16,141 nt of DNA from NCBI GenBank assembly GCA_019056805.1, contig DXJG01000011.1, forward strand, positions 1-16,141, given 5' to 3'. Below the pieces are notes generated by a model. The model searched no databases, was not told where the DNA came from, and saw only the letters and a program-made list of their open reading frames with translations. Shown piece after piece: positions 1 to 7,322 of the stretch. This DNA comes from Candidatus Baldrarchaeota archaeon (GTDB lineage: Archaea > Asgardarchaeota > Baldrarchaeia > Baldrarchaeales > DXJG01). Numbering within the stretch: position 1 is the stretch's first letter; the number at the start of each line of letters is the position of its first letter. Both the position numbers and the translations under genes were made by a program.

Positions 1-60
1 GCCGGAAGGTTTCGACCGACCGGTTCAGCCCGCGGGTCCCAATCGCCCGAGCGTGCTGGG
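1..60 (+). rRNA. rrl: 23S rRNA, 3'-terminal ~60 nt (gene truncated by window start; exact 3' end approximate)
   Basis: GCCGGAAGGTTTCGACCGACCGGTTCAGCCCGCGGGTCCCAATCGCCCGAG matches the recalled archaeal 23S 3' terminus (..GTAAG-hairpin-GTTCAGCCCGC..TCCCAATCGCCCGAG), which corresponds to E. coli GTTGAGCTAACCGGTACTAATGAACCGTGAG. GC-rich and non-coding. Confidence 0.8.
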
Positions 61-163
61 TCCGAAAAGGAGGTTTACCTAGGTGAAATTCCAGCTAGCT
101 AGCAACTTACCTATGCACGACTCTTGGAACACCTAATTTTTAGAATTTTAGAGATATATTGAG

Positions 164-178
164 CGAAGATTAAATATA
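164..178 (+). promoter_or_regulatory. Putative BRE/TATA promoter of the RNase P RNA gene
   Basis: CGAAGATTAAATATA with TTAAATAT at 170-177, about 27-34 nt upstream of the P1 helix start at 204. Confidence 0.5.
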
Positions 179-203
179 GTCGAAGGATTATTATATTATA
201 CAT

Positions 204-607
204 GGAGCCGGGAGGGGCAGGACGGCCGCCGGTGCCCTGGTTTAACCGGGGTGCTGAGGAAGGTCCCCCCTCCTTCGAAGCTACGGCGTGGTGTAAACCA
301 CAAGCCGAGAGGCTTGCTCCGGGAACAGAAACGACACGTCCACATGTGCAGATGACGATGAGGCGGTTGAGAATCACCGGTTTGGTGATTCGAGAAGGAA
401 CCTGGTGACAGGTTCCGAGTTAACCCGTTGAGGAGCCATGTGGGATCGGTGAAACGGCCCGACGCCGTGGAGCAAGCCCGAGTAGGCCGGGAGGTTTGCT
501 TCGAGCCGGATGACCGGCGGGTTGGGTGCTTAGTTTAATGCCGTCTGGGCACTTCCGGTGACGGAGGTGCCGAAACAAAAGGGGGCCTACTCGCCCCACC
601 CGGCTCC
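204..607 (+). ncRNA. rnpB: RNase P RNA, archaeal type A
   Basis: Terminal P1 helix GGAGCCGGG-A-GGGGC (from 204) pairs with GCCCC-A-CCCGGCTCC (to 607). Conserved regions in the right order: GAGGAAGGTCCCCCC (CR-I), ACAGAAAC, GAAACGGCC, GGAGCAAG, GCTTAG..AATGCCGTC, AACAAAAGGGGGCCTAC (CR-V). A P19-like hairpin GGCACTTCCG-GTGA-CGGAGGTGCC is present. T-rich tract follows at 608-620. Confidence 0.95.
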
Positions 608-625
608 AATTTTACTTTTATGTTG

Positions 626-1603
626 TTAAGGTTGTATTACGCAACATGTTTCGTGGTACTTTAATGTGTATTTTTGTTTTTGGAGTTGTTTTTGTGTTAG
701 ACGTGTTGGTGTTGTTAGTTTGTTGATTCCAGCTTTTACTGCCAATAGTTCTGTTTCTGTTTTTTGTTTTCCTCCTGGTATCATACATCCGAGGGCTATT
801 GGTGTTTTTGGGAATAGTATACGTGTTATGGCTGTTATTGTTGCTATTGTTTGAGGTGATGGTGGTGATATATTTTGCATAGAAGTTTTTGGTGTTGGTT
901 TTAGAGCAATAAGAACTATTGTGGAAGGTGTTATCGTTGATATTATTTTTAGTGCGTTTAGTTCGTGTTTTATTTTTCCATAGTGTAGTCCTATACATAT
1001 GTGGGGGGATATTCCTTTTACACCTGCTTCTTCTAGGGTTTTAAGTGCTGTTTGATAGTCTTTAGGGGTTTTTTCTATTTGGTAAATTTCTTTTATTGTT
1101 GATGTGTCTCCAACGATGTCTATGGATGCGTAGTCTATTTCTGTTTTTGCTAGTTGTTTTGCTAGTTTTAGAGGTATTAATCCGGTGTGAACATTTATTA
1201 TTAAGTTTGTTTCGTGTTTTACTCTTTTTAATACATCTATGAAGTTTTCGAGGAGTACGTATCCGTTTTTTGTGTTTCCGCCGCTTATTAAAACTCCTTT
1301 AGCTCCTTTCTCATATAATTTTAAACAGATTTCGAATAGTTTAGATGGTGTTGGTGCTGATATCATATGTTTTAAATAGTGTTTTTCGCAATGTTTGCAG
1401 TTTAAAGCACACCAAGTACCTGTCACCGATATAGGTGGAAAATTTTTGCCAGGATAATAGCAGTGTATAGTTTTCTGGAAGTTTTTATATGTTATCTCCT
1501 CGGCTCTTCTTACAAGTTGCTCAAATACTTCTATTTTACCTAATTCCTTGAAAAGACTATCTATGTTGCTGAAGTCGTTTAAATTGTATTGAAGGGGTTT
1601 CAT
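626..1603 (-). CDS. lipS1: Radical SAM protein, archaeal lipoyl synthase subunit LipS1 type
   Basis: CxxxCxxC (CALNCKHC), GG motif (LISGGN), LGCMIP (variant of the LipS1 GC(M/A)R motif) and a C-terminal CC (ETCC). Adjacent to a LipS2-type gene. Confidence 0.8.
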   Translation of the reverse strand: MKPLQYNLNDFSNIDSLFKELGKIEVFEQLVRRAEEITYKNFQKTIHCYYPGKNFPPISVTGTWCALNCKHCEKHYLKHMISAPTPSKLFEICLKLYEKGAKGVLISGGNTKNGYVLLENFIDVLKRVKHETNLIINVHTGLIPLKLAKQLAKTEIDYASIDIVGDTSTIKEIYQIEKTPKDYQTALKTLEEAGVKGISPHICIGLHYGKIKHELNALKIISTITPSTIVLIALKPTPKTSMQNISPPSPQTIATITAITRILFPKTPIALGCMIPGGKQKTETELLAVKAGINKLTTPTRLTQKQLQKQKYTLKYHETCCVIQP

Positions 1604-1635
1604 GTTTCAATCCCTTTAAGACTATTCGATCATTT

Positions 1636-2637
1636 TTATAGAAATTGTAGTTCCTTTCTAATTCTTTTTATTTCTTCCTTTGAAGGATTCCATGGAAAAT
1701 TGTAGATTGGGCCTCTTGGAGATTCGTTGTAAAATGGTCTATTACAACCTGGGCAGCCACTTGTTCTAAAAGGTTGTCCGCTTTCAATTATTTTATTTAA
1801 TTCTTCTCGAGTTATCCCGAAATCTATTATTTTACCTTCTTCACTAAAGCCCATATTTTCTTTTCTTGTTATTTTGTTTTGAATAAGATATCTTGCAATT
1901 TGTATTCTTCTATATTTGTCTATTGGAGGTGAAGGATGTTTTTCCAGTTTTGTTCCCGTAATGGGTGTGAAAGCGAAAAGTCCAATGATAATTTTCAAGT
2001 CGGAAAACTCTTGTATAAAGTTAACAGCCTCCTTCTCGGTCTCGCCTAACCCAATAATGAGATGGGTTGATACCTTACCTTCTCCAAATATTTTAATTGC
2101 CCTTTTCAAGGCGTCCATATGTTTTTCCCAAGTATACGGTCCCCCTACCTGTTTACCTTTAATTTTGTCAAAAATTTCAGGCGTTGCAGCGTCAAAAGGT
2201 ATACCTAATCGTTCTACCCCCAATTCTTTCAAAATTTTCATTTTGTTTTCGTCTATTGGGTGAACTGGTAGAGAAATAGGAATTTCAGGTGCTAATTTGT
2301 ATATTTGGGTAATAATAGCTTGGAGATCTTCAAAAAGGCTGAGATAATTCAGGGTTTGAATACATATTCTTTTTATTTCCTTTTTCACTTTTTTGTTCTT
2401 TAATGCTTTGCAAACTTGGTTGAAAGGATAAGTAGGCCACGAGATTCTCGATAACATTTTCAGGTTCGATTTACTTTCTCTTGCTTGGGGGCAAAATGCG
2501 CAGTTCGCTGTACATCGCCTCGATGTATAGGTCATAAAATATGCGGTTGTTGGGTAAGCTAGCAATTTAATGTGTGTTAAATTTAGTACTGCTGCTGTTC
2601 CAAGAGAAACCCTTATTTTAAACGAACTGTTAAACAT
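1636..2637 (-). CDS. lipS2: Radical SAM protein, archaeal lipoyl synthase subunit LipS2 type
   Basis: CxxxCxxC (CTANCAFC) and TSGCPGCNRP, which is the LipS2 signature TxGCPxC(N/D)RP. Start moved from the ORF-track GTG (2652) to ATG 2637 because GGAGG lies 8 nt upstream of that ATG. Confidence 0.85.
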   Translation of the reverse strand: MFNSSFKIRVSLGTAAVLNLTHIKLLAYPTTAYFMTYTSRRCTANCAFCPQARESKSNLKMLSRISWPTYPFNQVCKALKNKKVKKEIKRICIQTLNYLSLFEDLQAIITQIYKLAPEIPISLPVHPIDENKMKILKELGVERLGIPFDAATPEIFDKIKGKQVGGPYTWEKHMDALKRAIKIFGEGKVSTHLIIGLGETEKEAVNFIQEFSDLKIIIGLFAFTPITGTKLEKHPSPPIDKYRRIQIARYLIQNKITRKENMGFSEEGKIIDFGITREELNKIIESGQPFRTSGCPGCNRPFYNESPRGPIYNFPWNPSKEEIKRIRKELQFL

Positions 2638-2735
2638 TAATGCTTCCTCCACAGTTCTCAGTGTTCTATAAGACCTTTCATATCAAGACGTGTTGAAAGC
2701 AATGTTACAACTCGAAATTGGAATTTATGTAAATT

Positions 2736-3281
2736 TTAAATGTCTAATTTGTATTTTTCCTTCAATAATTTATTTTGCTTTTCCACAACTTCTTCAGGTG
2801 TTTTAGCATTTCGGTAAGCTTCAAGAAAATCTTCGTTTAATTCTAGGAAATGCAATCCCCACTTAAAAATCGAAAGTATATCTTTTGCTTGATTTTCAAA
2901 ACCTATTATGTAAAGGGCTGCAGCTAAAGCTTCTGCTGTGCTCAACATTCCTATTTTGCCGTAATTTATAGGGTTTACTGCTACTAAAGCAGGTAAAATC
3001 CTTCCTCTTCCTCGAAGTAGGTTAGGAATTCCCTCCTCGATTTTTTTCCATGAACAGTCAATAGCTACAATACCATGTTTTACTGCTAACTCTCTATCTA
3101 GGGGAGAAAAGACTTGAGAAACTAGAGGATTAAGTATTAATGTCTTCTTCGGAATATATCTTAAATTATAAACTACTTTAGCTTTGCCATGCCTATTTAA
3201 TTTTAATGCTGTACACTTCTTGGGATCGCACTGTCTTTCATGATATACATACAATTTAATGGTCTTTTTTGCTTTCTCCAT
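2736..3281 (-). CDS. tsr3: SSU rRNA aminocarboxypropyltransferase Tsr3 (DUF367 family)
   Basis: Family motifs QCDPKKCTALKL, DCSWKK, LPALVAVNPINYG, LSTAEALAAALYI and FKWG..F.ELN. Confidence 0.92.
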   Translation of the reverse strand: MEKAKKTIKLYVYHERQCDPKKCTALKLNRHGKAKVVYNLRYIPKKTLILNPLVSQVFSPLDRELAVKHGIVAIDCSWKKIEEGIPNLLRGRGRILPALVAVNPINYGKIGMLSTAEALAAALYIIGFENQAKDILSIFKWGLHFLELNEDFLEAYRNAKTPEEVVEKQNKLLKEKYKLDI

Positions 3282-3354
3282 TTTTCTCGATATAGTAAAG
3301 AAAGATTAATTTAAAATTGCATCGATTAAATTATGAAGATAAGGAGGGAAAGAT

Positions 3355-3603
3355 TTGCCGATAGCTTTTATCCTTATTAAAACTAAGGCTGGTTTAGAAG
3401 AAAAAGTTCTTAAGAAGGTTTTAGAAATCGAAGGGGTAAGAGAAGCCTATATTGTGCTAGGTGTATACGATATCATTGCTAAAGTATCTGTTGAACGTTT
3501 AGAAAAACTACAAGAAATTATTCGTCAAAAAGTGAGGGGAGAAATAGAAGAAATAGAAGAAACCATGACTATGCTTGTTATAGAAGGAGCTTCAAAAGAT
3601 TAA
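3355..3603 (+). CDS. Stand-alone Lrp/AsnC ligand-binding (RAM) domain protein, no HTH
   Basis: 82 aa with pattern AFILIK..G.E..V...L.EIEGV.EAY.V.G.YDIIAKV. TTG start preceded by SD AGGAGGG. Confidence 0.85.
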   Translation: MPIAFILIKTKAGLEEKVLKKVLEIEGVREAYIVLGVYDIIAKVSVERLEKLQEIIRQKVRGEIEEIEETMTMLVIEGASKD

Positions 3604-3614
3604 CATGCTCATAT

Positions 3615-5177
3615 TCACTTTCTCAGTAGATATTTTCCAATAGCCAAACAATCCATTAAACCTTCTTTAAAAGTTTTAATTGCATCTAAAGGGGAACATA
3701 CAATAGGTTCTCCATGAATATTCATCGACGTATTCAAGATTGCGCCCATACCAGTTTCTTTCTCAATAATTTCTATAATGCGCCTATATTCTTGGCACTC
3801 GCCTCTTTTAATAGTTTGAGGTCTTGTTGTCCTATCCACATGAACCACAGCTGGGATCTCCTCCAACGCTTTTTCAGTAACTCTAAAAGCTATAGTCATA
3901 AAAGGAGCATAACATGCATCCACCAAGTACTCATTAACCCTCTCATATAAGATGGTTGGAGCAAAAGGCTGCCACCATGGACGTCTCTTCCTCTTGTTAA
4001 GCTCACCTACAAGCTTCTTTTCACTAGGCAATGATAGGACACTTCTATTTCCAAGAGCCCTCGGGCCAAATTCCATTCTGCCAGAAAATCTCCCAACAAT
4101 ATATCCTTTTAAAAGTAAATCTGCAATAGCTTCATTAATGTCATCATAATATTCCGCTTTATCTTCCATCCTATATTTTCTTAAAGCCTCCTTTATACCC
4201 TCATCATCGTATTCCGGACCAAGATAAACATGTTCAAGAGGTCTTGGCTTAGTATCCTTGCCATCTATAAGTCTCATCCTAGCCCAAACCTCGAGCGCTG
4301 CACCAACACATAATCCTCCATCACCCATATGAGGAAACACGTACAAATCTTTTGAAATTTCCTCTCTTATCCTCATGTTTAAATGTACATTTGCAGCTAT
4401 TCCACCTGCGAAAACGATTTTCTTTACATCAACTTCCTCAAGCACCTTTTTTAAAAGGTTTAAAACTAACTCTTCAAGTCTTTTTTGAGCCGCAGCAGCT
4501 ATATCAAATGAAGAAACCTCCTTTAACTTTTCTTTCATTAGCTTAACAGCCTCTGCCCCTACTGCACCTAATTTATTTCTAAAACTTAAACTTTTAACGT
4601 CTAAATCTATAAACTCACTTACAATGCCATAACATTTGGAAGGATCTCCATGAGCCGCCATACATGCTACTTTAGCTTCATCAGCCATCGGTCTGAAACC
4701 AAGCAGCTCAGTAATATTAGCAAAGAAATCGCCTACGGAGTTATAGGCGTTAGATTGATAAAGTGGGATAATTTCACCTCTCCTTCCTAGACTTACTGTA
4801 GCAGATAAGCCGTCACCCGCCGCGTCAATCGTCACTACAAGTGCATCACTCCAACCACACGTTCTATAAGCGGAAGCAGCATGGGCTAAATGATGATCAA
4901 CATATATTTGAGGAATACCTGGAAAAAGCTTTAAAAGATATTTTTCTAATTGAGAAGCTCTTGTAAACCTCCTAAAAACTCCGCCAATAGCAATATAATC
5001 TACATCACCAAAACTTAATCCAGTGCAACGGAGAAGCTCATTTATTGCGTTTTTAGGAATCCCTCTTTGATGTTTAACACGTGTAAATCTCTCTTCACTA
5101 GCCGCTGCAATCACAACTCCATCTTTAACTATCGCAGCGCCAGCATCATGACCGTCACAAATACCTAAAATAATCAT
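3615..5177 (-). CDS. Carbamoyltransferase, NodU/CmcH/TobZ family (Kae1-like N-domain plus YrdC-like C-domain)
   Basis: MIILGI.DGHDAGAA, EERFTRVKH, HHLAHAASAY, IDAAGDG, GGIAANV, MGDGG..VGAAL, GRMEFGPRALGNRS, RPWWQPFAP, VHVDRTTRPQT, LNTSMNIHGEPIV. Confidence 0.92.
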   Translation of the reverse strand: MIILGICDGHDAGAAIVKDGVVIAAASEERFTRVKHQRGIPKNAINELLRCTGLSFGDVDYIAIGGVFRRFTRASQLEKYLLKLFPGIPQIYVDHHLAHAASAYRTCGWSDALVVTIDAAGDGLSATVSLGRRGEIIPLYQSNAYNSVGDFFANITELLGFRPMADEAKVACMAAHGDPSKCYGIVSEFIDLDVKSLSFRNKLGAVGAEAVKLMKEKLKEVSSFDIAAAAQKRLEELVLNLLKKVLEEVDVKKIVFAGGIAANVHLNMRIREEISKDLYVFPHMGDGGLCVGAALEVWARMRLIDGKDTKPRPLEHVYLGPEYDDEGIKEALRKYRMEDKAEYYDDINEAIADLLLKGYIVGRFSGRMEFGPRALGNRSVLSLPSEKKLVGELNKRKRRPWWQPFAPTILYERVNEYLVDACYAPFMTIAFRVTEKALEEIPAVVHVDRTTRPQTIKRGECQEYRRIIEIIEKETGMGAILNTSMNIHGEPIVCSPLDAIKTFKEGLMDCLAIGKYLLRK

Positions 5178-5302
5178 TTTAATACACCTAAATTAACATG
5201 AATAGGGTGACATATGAAAGTTTAAATTTTCACGCTCTCGAATAACATCAAATCGTTTTAATCCCTAAATAAATGAAACTCAGAAACTAGGTCGAATCAA
5301 CA

Positions 5303-6631
5303 ATGACATTACTTCATATCGGAATCGATGATACGGACTCACTTATTGGCGGTTGTACCACTTACATAGGTGCTAGGCTAGTTCATCGACTAGAAAAAGA
5401 AACAAAAGCCAAATTCATCGATTATCCAAACCTTATAAGATTAAACCCAAACATCCCATACAAAACAAGAGGAAACGGAGCTGTATGTCTAAGAATAAAC
5501 ATAGAAGAAAATATGATAGAAGATGTAGAAAACATTGTTATCGAAGAAGTAGAAGAAAACTCCGACCTAAAATGCGAAGAAACACATCCCGGAATCGTTT
5601 TCTTCAAAGGAAACGTCCCACCTGAACTTAAAAAATTCGCAAAGAAAGCTGTAACTGATGTCATAATGCTCGACGAAGCTCTAAAAATAGTAAACAAAAC
5701 CGGTGCAAAAATAAAAACCTACAAAAAGGGAAGAGGCATCATAGGGGCCCTGGCAGCCATCGGAAACACTTTAGAAAAAGACCACACATATGAACTGTTA
5801 TCCTACAGGTCCCCAGAACATTGGGGAACCCCCAGAACCATAGATGAAGACTCAGTTTATCTAATGGACAAGCTAACAAACCCAGAAACCTTCAACAACA
5901 TAGACAAGGAAACCAAAAGAATATTAATTACTCCCCACGGACCCGACCCAGTACTATATGGAATAAGAGGAGAAACCCCAGAAATAGTTAAACTAGCATC
6001 AAAAATCGTAGTATCATACGAGCCAATAGAAAGATGGGTAATATATAGAACAAACCAGGGAACAGATGAACACCTAACAAAACTAAGAAAAATAAAAGAA
6101 ATAAAACTATATCAACCAGCAAAAACCCTCGTAAAAATAATAGAACCACCTAAAATCATACCAGGAGGACATGTAATAGTAAAAGCGGCAGACAACACAG
6201 CAACCATCGATCTCGCTGCATACGAACCAACAGGAAACTTCAGAAAAATCATCCAAAAACTAATCCCAGGAGACACCATAATCGCGTACGGAGGAGTAAA
6301 ACCCCAAGAAAACAAACCTCTAACATTAAACCTGGAAAAAATAGAAATACTAAACTTAGCACCAAAAATAATATACAAAAACCCCAAATGCTCGAAATGC
6401 GGTAAAAGAATGAAATCAGCAGGAAAAAACCAAGGATACCGCTGCAAAAAATGCAAAACCCATGCAAAAAACATAGAAAAAGAAAAAATACAAATACCAA
6501 GAGAAATAAAGCCAGGAATATACCTACCGACACCAAGAGCACACAGACACCTTACTAAACCCCTTCAAAGATACGGCAGGGAAAAGAAAAACAAACCAAA
6601 AAAACTCATAGAAAAATGGCATTACCCCTAA
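5303..6631 (+). CDS. tiaS: tRNA(Ile2) agmatinylcytidine synthetase TiaS
   Basis: IGIDDTDS..GGCTTY, LIRLNPNIPYKTRGNGA, GRGIIGALAAIG, PHGPDPVLYGIRG, TNQGTDEHL, GGHV (OB fold), zinc ribbon CSKC..CKKC and RHLTKP. Confidence 0.96.
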   Translation: MTLLHIGIDDTDSLIGGCTTYIGARLVHRLEKETKAKFIDYPNLIRLNPNIPYKTRGNGAVCLRINIEENMIEDVENIVIEEVEENSDLKCEETHPGIVFFKGNVPPELKKFAKKAVTDVIMLDEALKIVNKTGAKIKTYKKGRGIIGALAAIGNTLEKDHTYELLSYRSPEHWGTPRTIDEDSVYLMDKLTNPETFNNIDKETKRILITPHGPDPVLYGIRGETPEIVKLASKIVVSYEPIERWVIYRTNQGTDEHLTKLRKIKEIKLYQPAKTLVKIIEPPKIIPGGHVIVKAADNTATIDLAAYEPTGNFRKIIQKLIPGDTIIAYGGVKPQENKPLTLNLEKIEILNLAPKIIYKNPKCSKCGKRMKSAGKNQGYRCKKCKTHAKNIEKEKIQIPREIKPGIYLPTPRAHRHLTKPLQRYGREKKNKPKKLIEKWHYP

Positions 6632-6685
6632 CCAAAACACTACAAGACAATAAACCCGCCCAAAAACCAAAAAGCAAACAAAAAC

Positions 6686-6703
6686 CAACGATAAATTTAA
6701 AAA
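6686..6703 (+). promoter_or_regulatory. Putative BRE/TATA promoter of tRNA-iMet
   Basis: CAACGATAAATTTAAAAA with TTTAAAA at 6696-6702. Typical archaeal spacing puts the start site near 6724-6728. Confidence 0.5.
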
Positions 6704-6726
6704 ACAAAAATATCACACACTAACAT

Positions 6727-6748
6727 AGCGGGGCAAAACACAGCGGGG
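6727..6748 (+). repeat. Direct repeat AGCGGGG (6727-6733 and 6742-6748), 8-nt spacer CAAAACAC; the repeat unit equals tRNA-iMet nt 1-7
   Basis: Seen directly: AGCGGGG-CAAAACAC-AGCGGGG. The upstream copy is a G-rich stretch in a flank that is otherwise almost free of G. Confidence 0.85.
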
Positions 6749-6779
6749 ACTACCCCAATACAAAATTGGGTAGCCGCAA
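6749..6779 (+). other. 31-nt non-canonical tRNA intron between nt 7 and 8
   Basis: Bulge-helix geometry: central helix GCGG(6743-46):CCGC(6774-77), 5' bulge GG|A, intron helix CUACCC(C)AAU:AUUGGGUAG, 3' bulge AA|U. Cutting after the second nt of each bulge joins G7 to U8 exactly. Confidence 0.85.
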
Positions 6780-6811
6780 TGGGGTAGCCAGGAGATCCCG
6801 CGGGGCTCATA

Positions 6812-6843
6812 AGCCCGACAGATACATCCTCTCGGGTTAAGAA
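6812..6843 (+). other. 32-nt canonical 37/38 tRNA intron
   Basis: Central helix CUCA:UAAG (one C:A mismatch), 5' bulge UA|A, intron helix GCCCGA:UCGGGU, 3' bulge AA|A. Confidence 0.92.
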
Positions 6844-6888
6844 ACCCCGAGATCGGAGGTTCAAATCCTCCCCCCGCTACCATATACC

Positions 6889-6920
6889 TTTACCTTTTTT
6901 GGTGGTTTTTTGTGGGTTTT
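6889..6920 (+). terminator. Oligo(T) terminator tracts after tRNA-iMet
   Basis: T6 runs at 6895-6900 and 6906-6911, immediately after CCA. Confidence 0.55.
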
Positions 6921-6960
6921 CGTGGCGATTTTTTTGAGTTTTATTTGCTTAAATAATTCG

Positions 6961-7191
6961 TTAAGTTTTCTCATAATTAGAACCTCTCTTTATTTTGTCG
7001 GAATATCTTTCGATGATAAATTGGGCGAAATCTTTCTCGTGTTTTTGAAAGAACCAGTCTTTGAACAGTTTTCTAAATGAAATTGGTTCTTCAACTATTT
7101 TTGCAAAATATCTCTCCAGTTCAGATGTGAATATTACGAGTCCTCCTTGGAGATTGATTAGTTGGGCAAGGGTCAGTTTTTTGTCACCGAT
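6961..7191 (-). pseudogene. Start-less 76-codon open frame, probable gene remnant of unknown function
   Basis: Manual translation gives IGDKKLTLAQLINLQGGLVIFTSELERYFAKIVEEPISFRKLFKDWFFQKHEKDFAQFIIERYSDKIKRGSNYEKT*, which has protein-like composition. One extra A in the A6 run would put GTG (7187) in frame. Not in the ORF track. Confidence 0.35.
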
Positions 7192-7298
7192 TTAAACGTG
7201 AAAAAACGTTTTAAAATTTTATCGGAAAAATTATACGTGGAGATAAAGAGAGTCGACGAAAGTATTTTAATTTTTAATCATTGATTTATCGATAAGAT

Positions 7299-7322
7299 AT
7301 ATCTGGAAACGTTTCCAGATAT
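7299..7322. repeat. Perfect 24-bp palindrome ATATCTGGAAAC|GTTTCCAGATAT
   Basis: Seen directly. Extends to 7294-7325 if a 2-nt AT duplication in the left arm is bulged. Confidence 0.85.

Larger units (their letters stand above)
6742..6882 (+). tRNA. Initiator tRNA-Met(CAU) with two introns (7/8 and 37/38), CCA encoded
   Basis: Exons 6742-6748, 6780-6811 and 6844-6882 join to AGCGGGG-UG-GGGU-AGCCAGGAGA-UCCC-G-CGGGG-CUCAUAA-CCCCG-AGAUC-GGAGG-UUCAAAU-CCUCC-CCCCGCU-A-CCA. This has a perfect 7-bp acceptor with A1:U72 and G29-G31:C39-C41, both initiator hallmarks. Confidence 0.93.

Noticed and set aside
67-136. Perfect SD AAGGAGGT (67-74) with GTG at 83 opening a 17-codon ORF (VKFQLASNLPMHDSWNT)
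   Set aside because: Lies in the 23S trailer, where a purine-rich arm of the processing stem is expected; too short to support.
202-408. ORF-track 68-aa (+) ORF, and the overlapping 111..377 (-) ORF
   Set aside because: Both overlap the RNase P RNA, whose conserved motifs and helices explain the sequence.
618-998. T/N/K-rich 126-aa ORF and similar shadow ORFs (666..854, 6112..6474, 6249..6542, 8580..8909, 9577..9960, 14293..14541)
   Set aside because: They overlap well-supported genes. The extreme strand skew depletes stop codons in alternative frames and produces low-complexity translations.
6727-6779. Alternative reading with the upstream AGCGGGG as exon 1 and a 46-nt intron (6734-6779)
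   Set aside because: It gives the same mature tRNA, but the bases after the upstream copy (CAAAACAC) cannot form the intron helix, so the cleavage geometry fits only the downstream copy.
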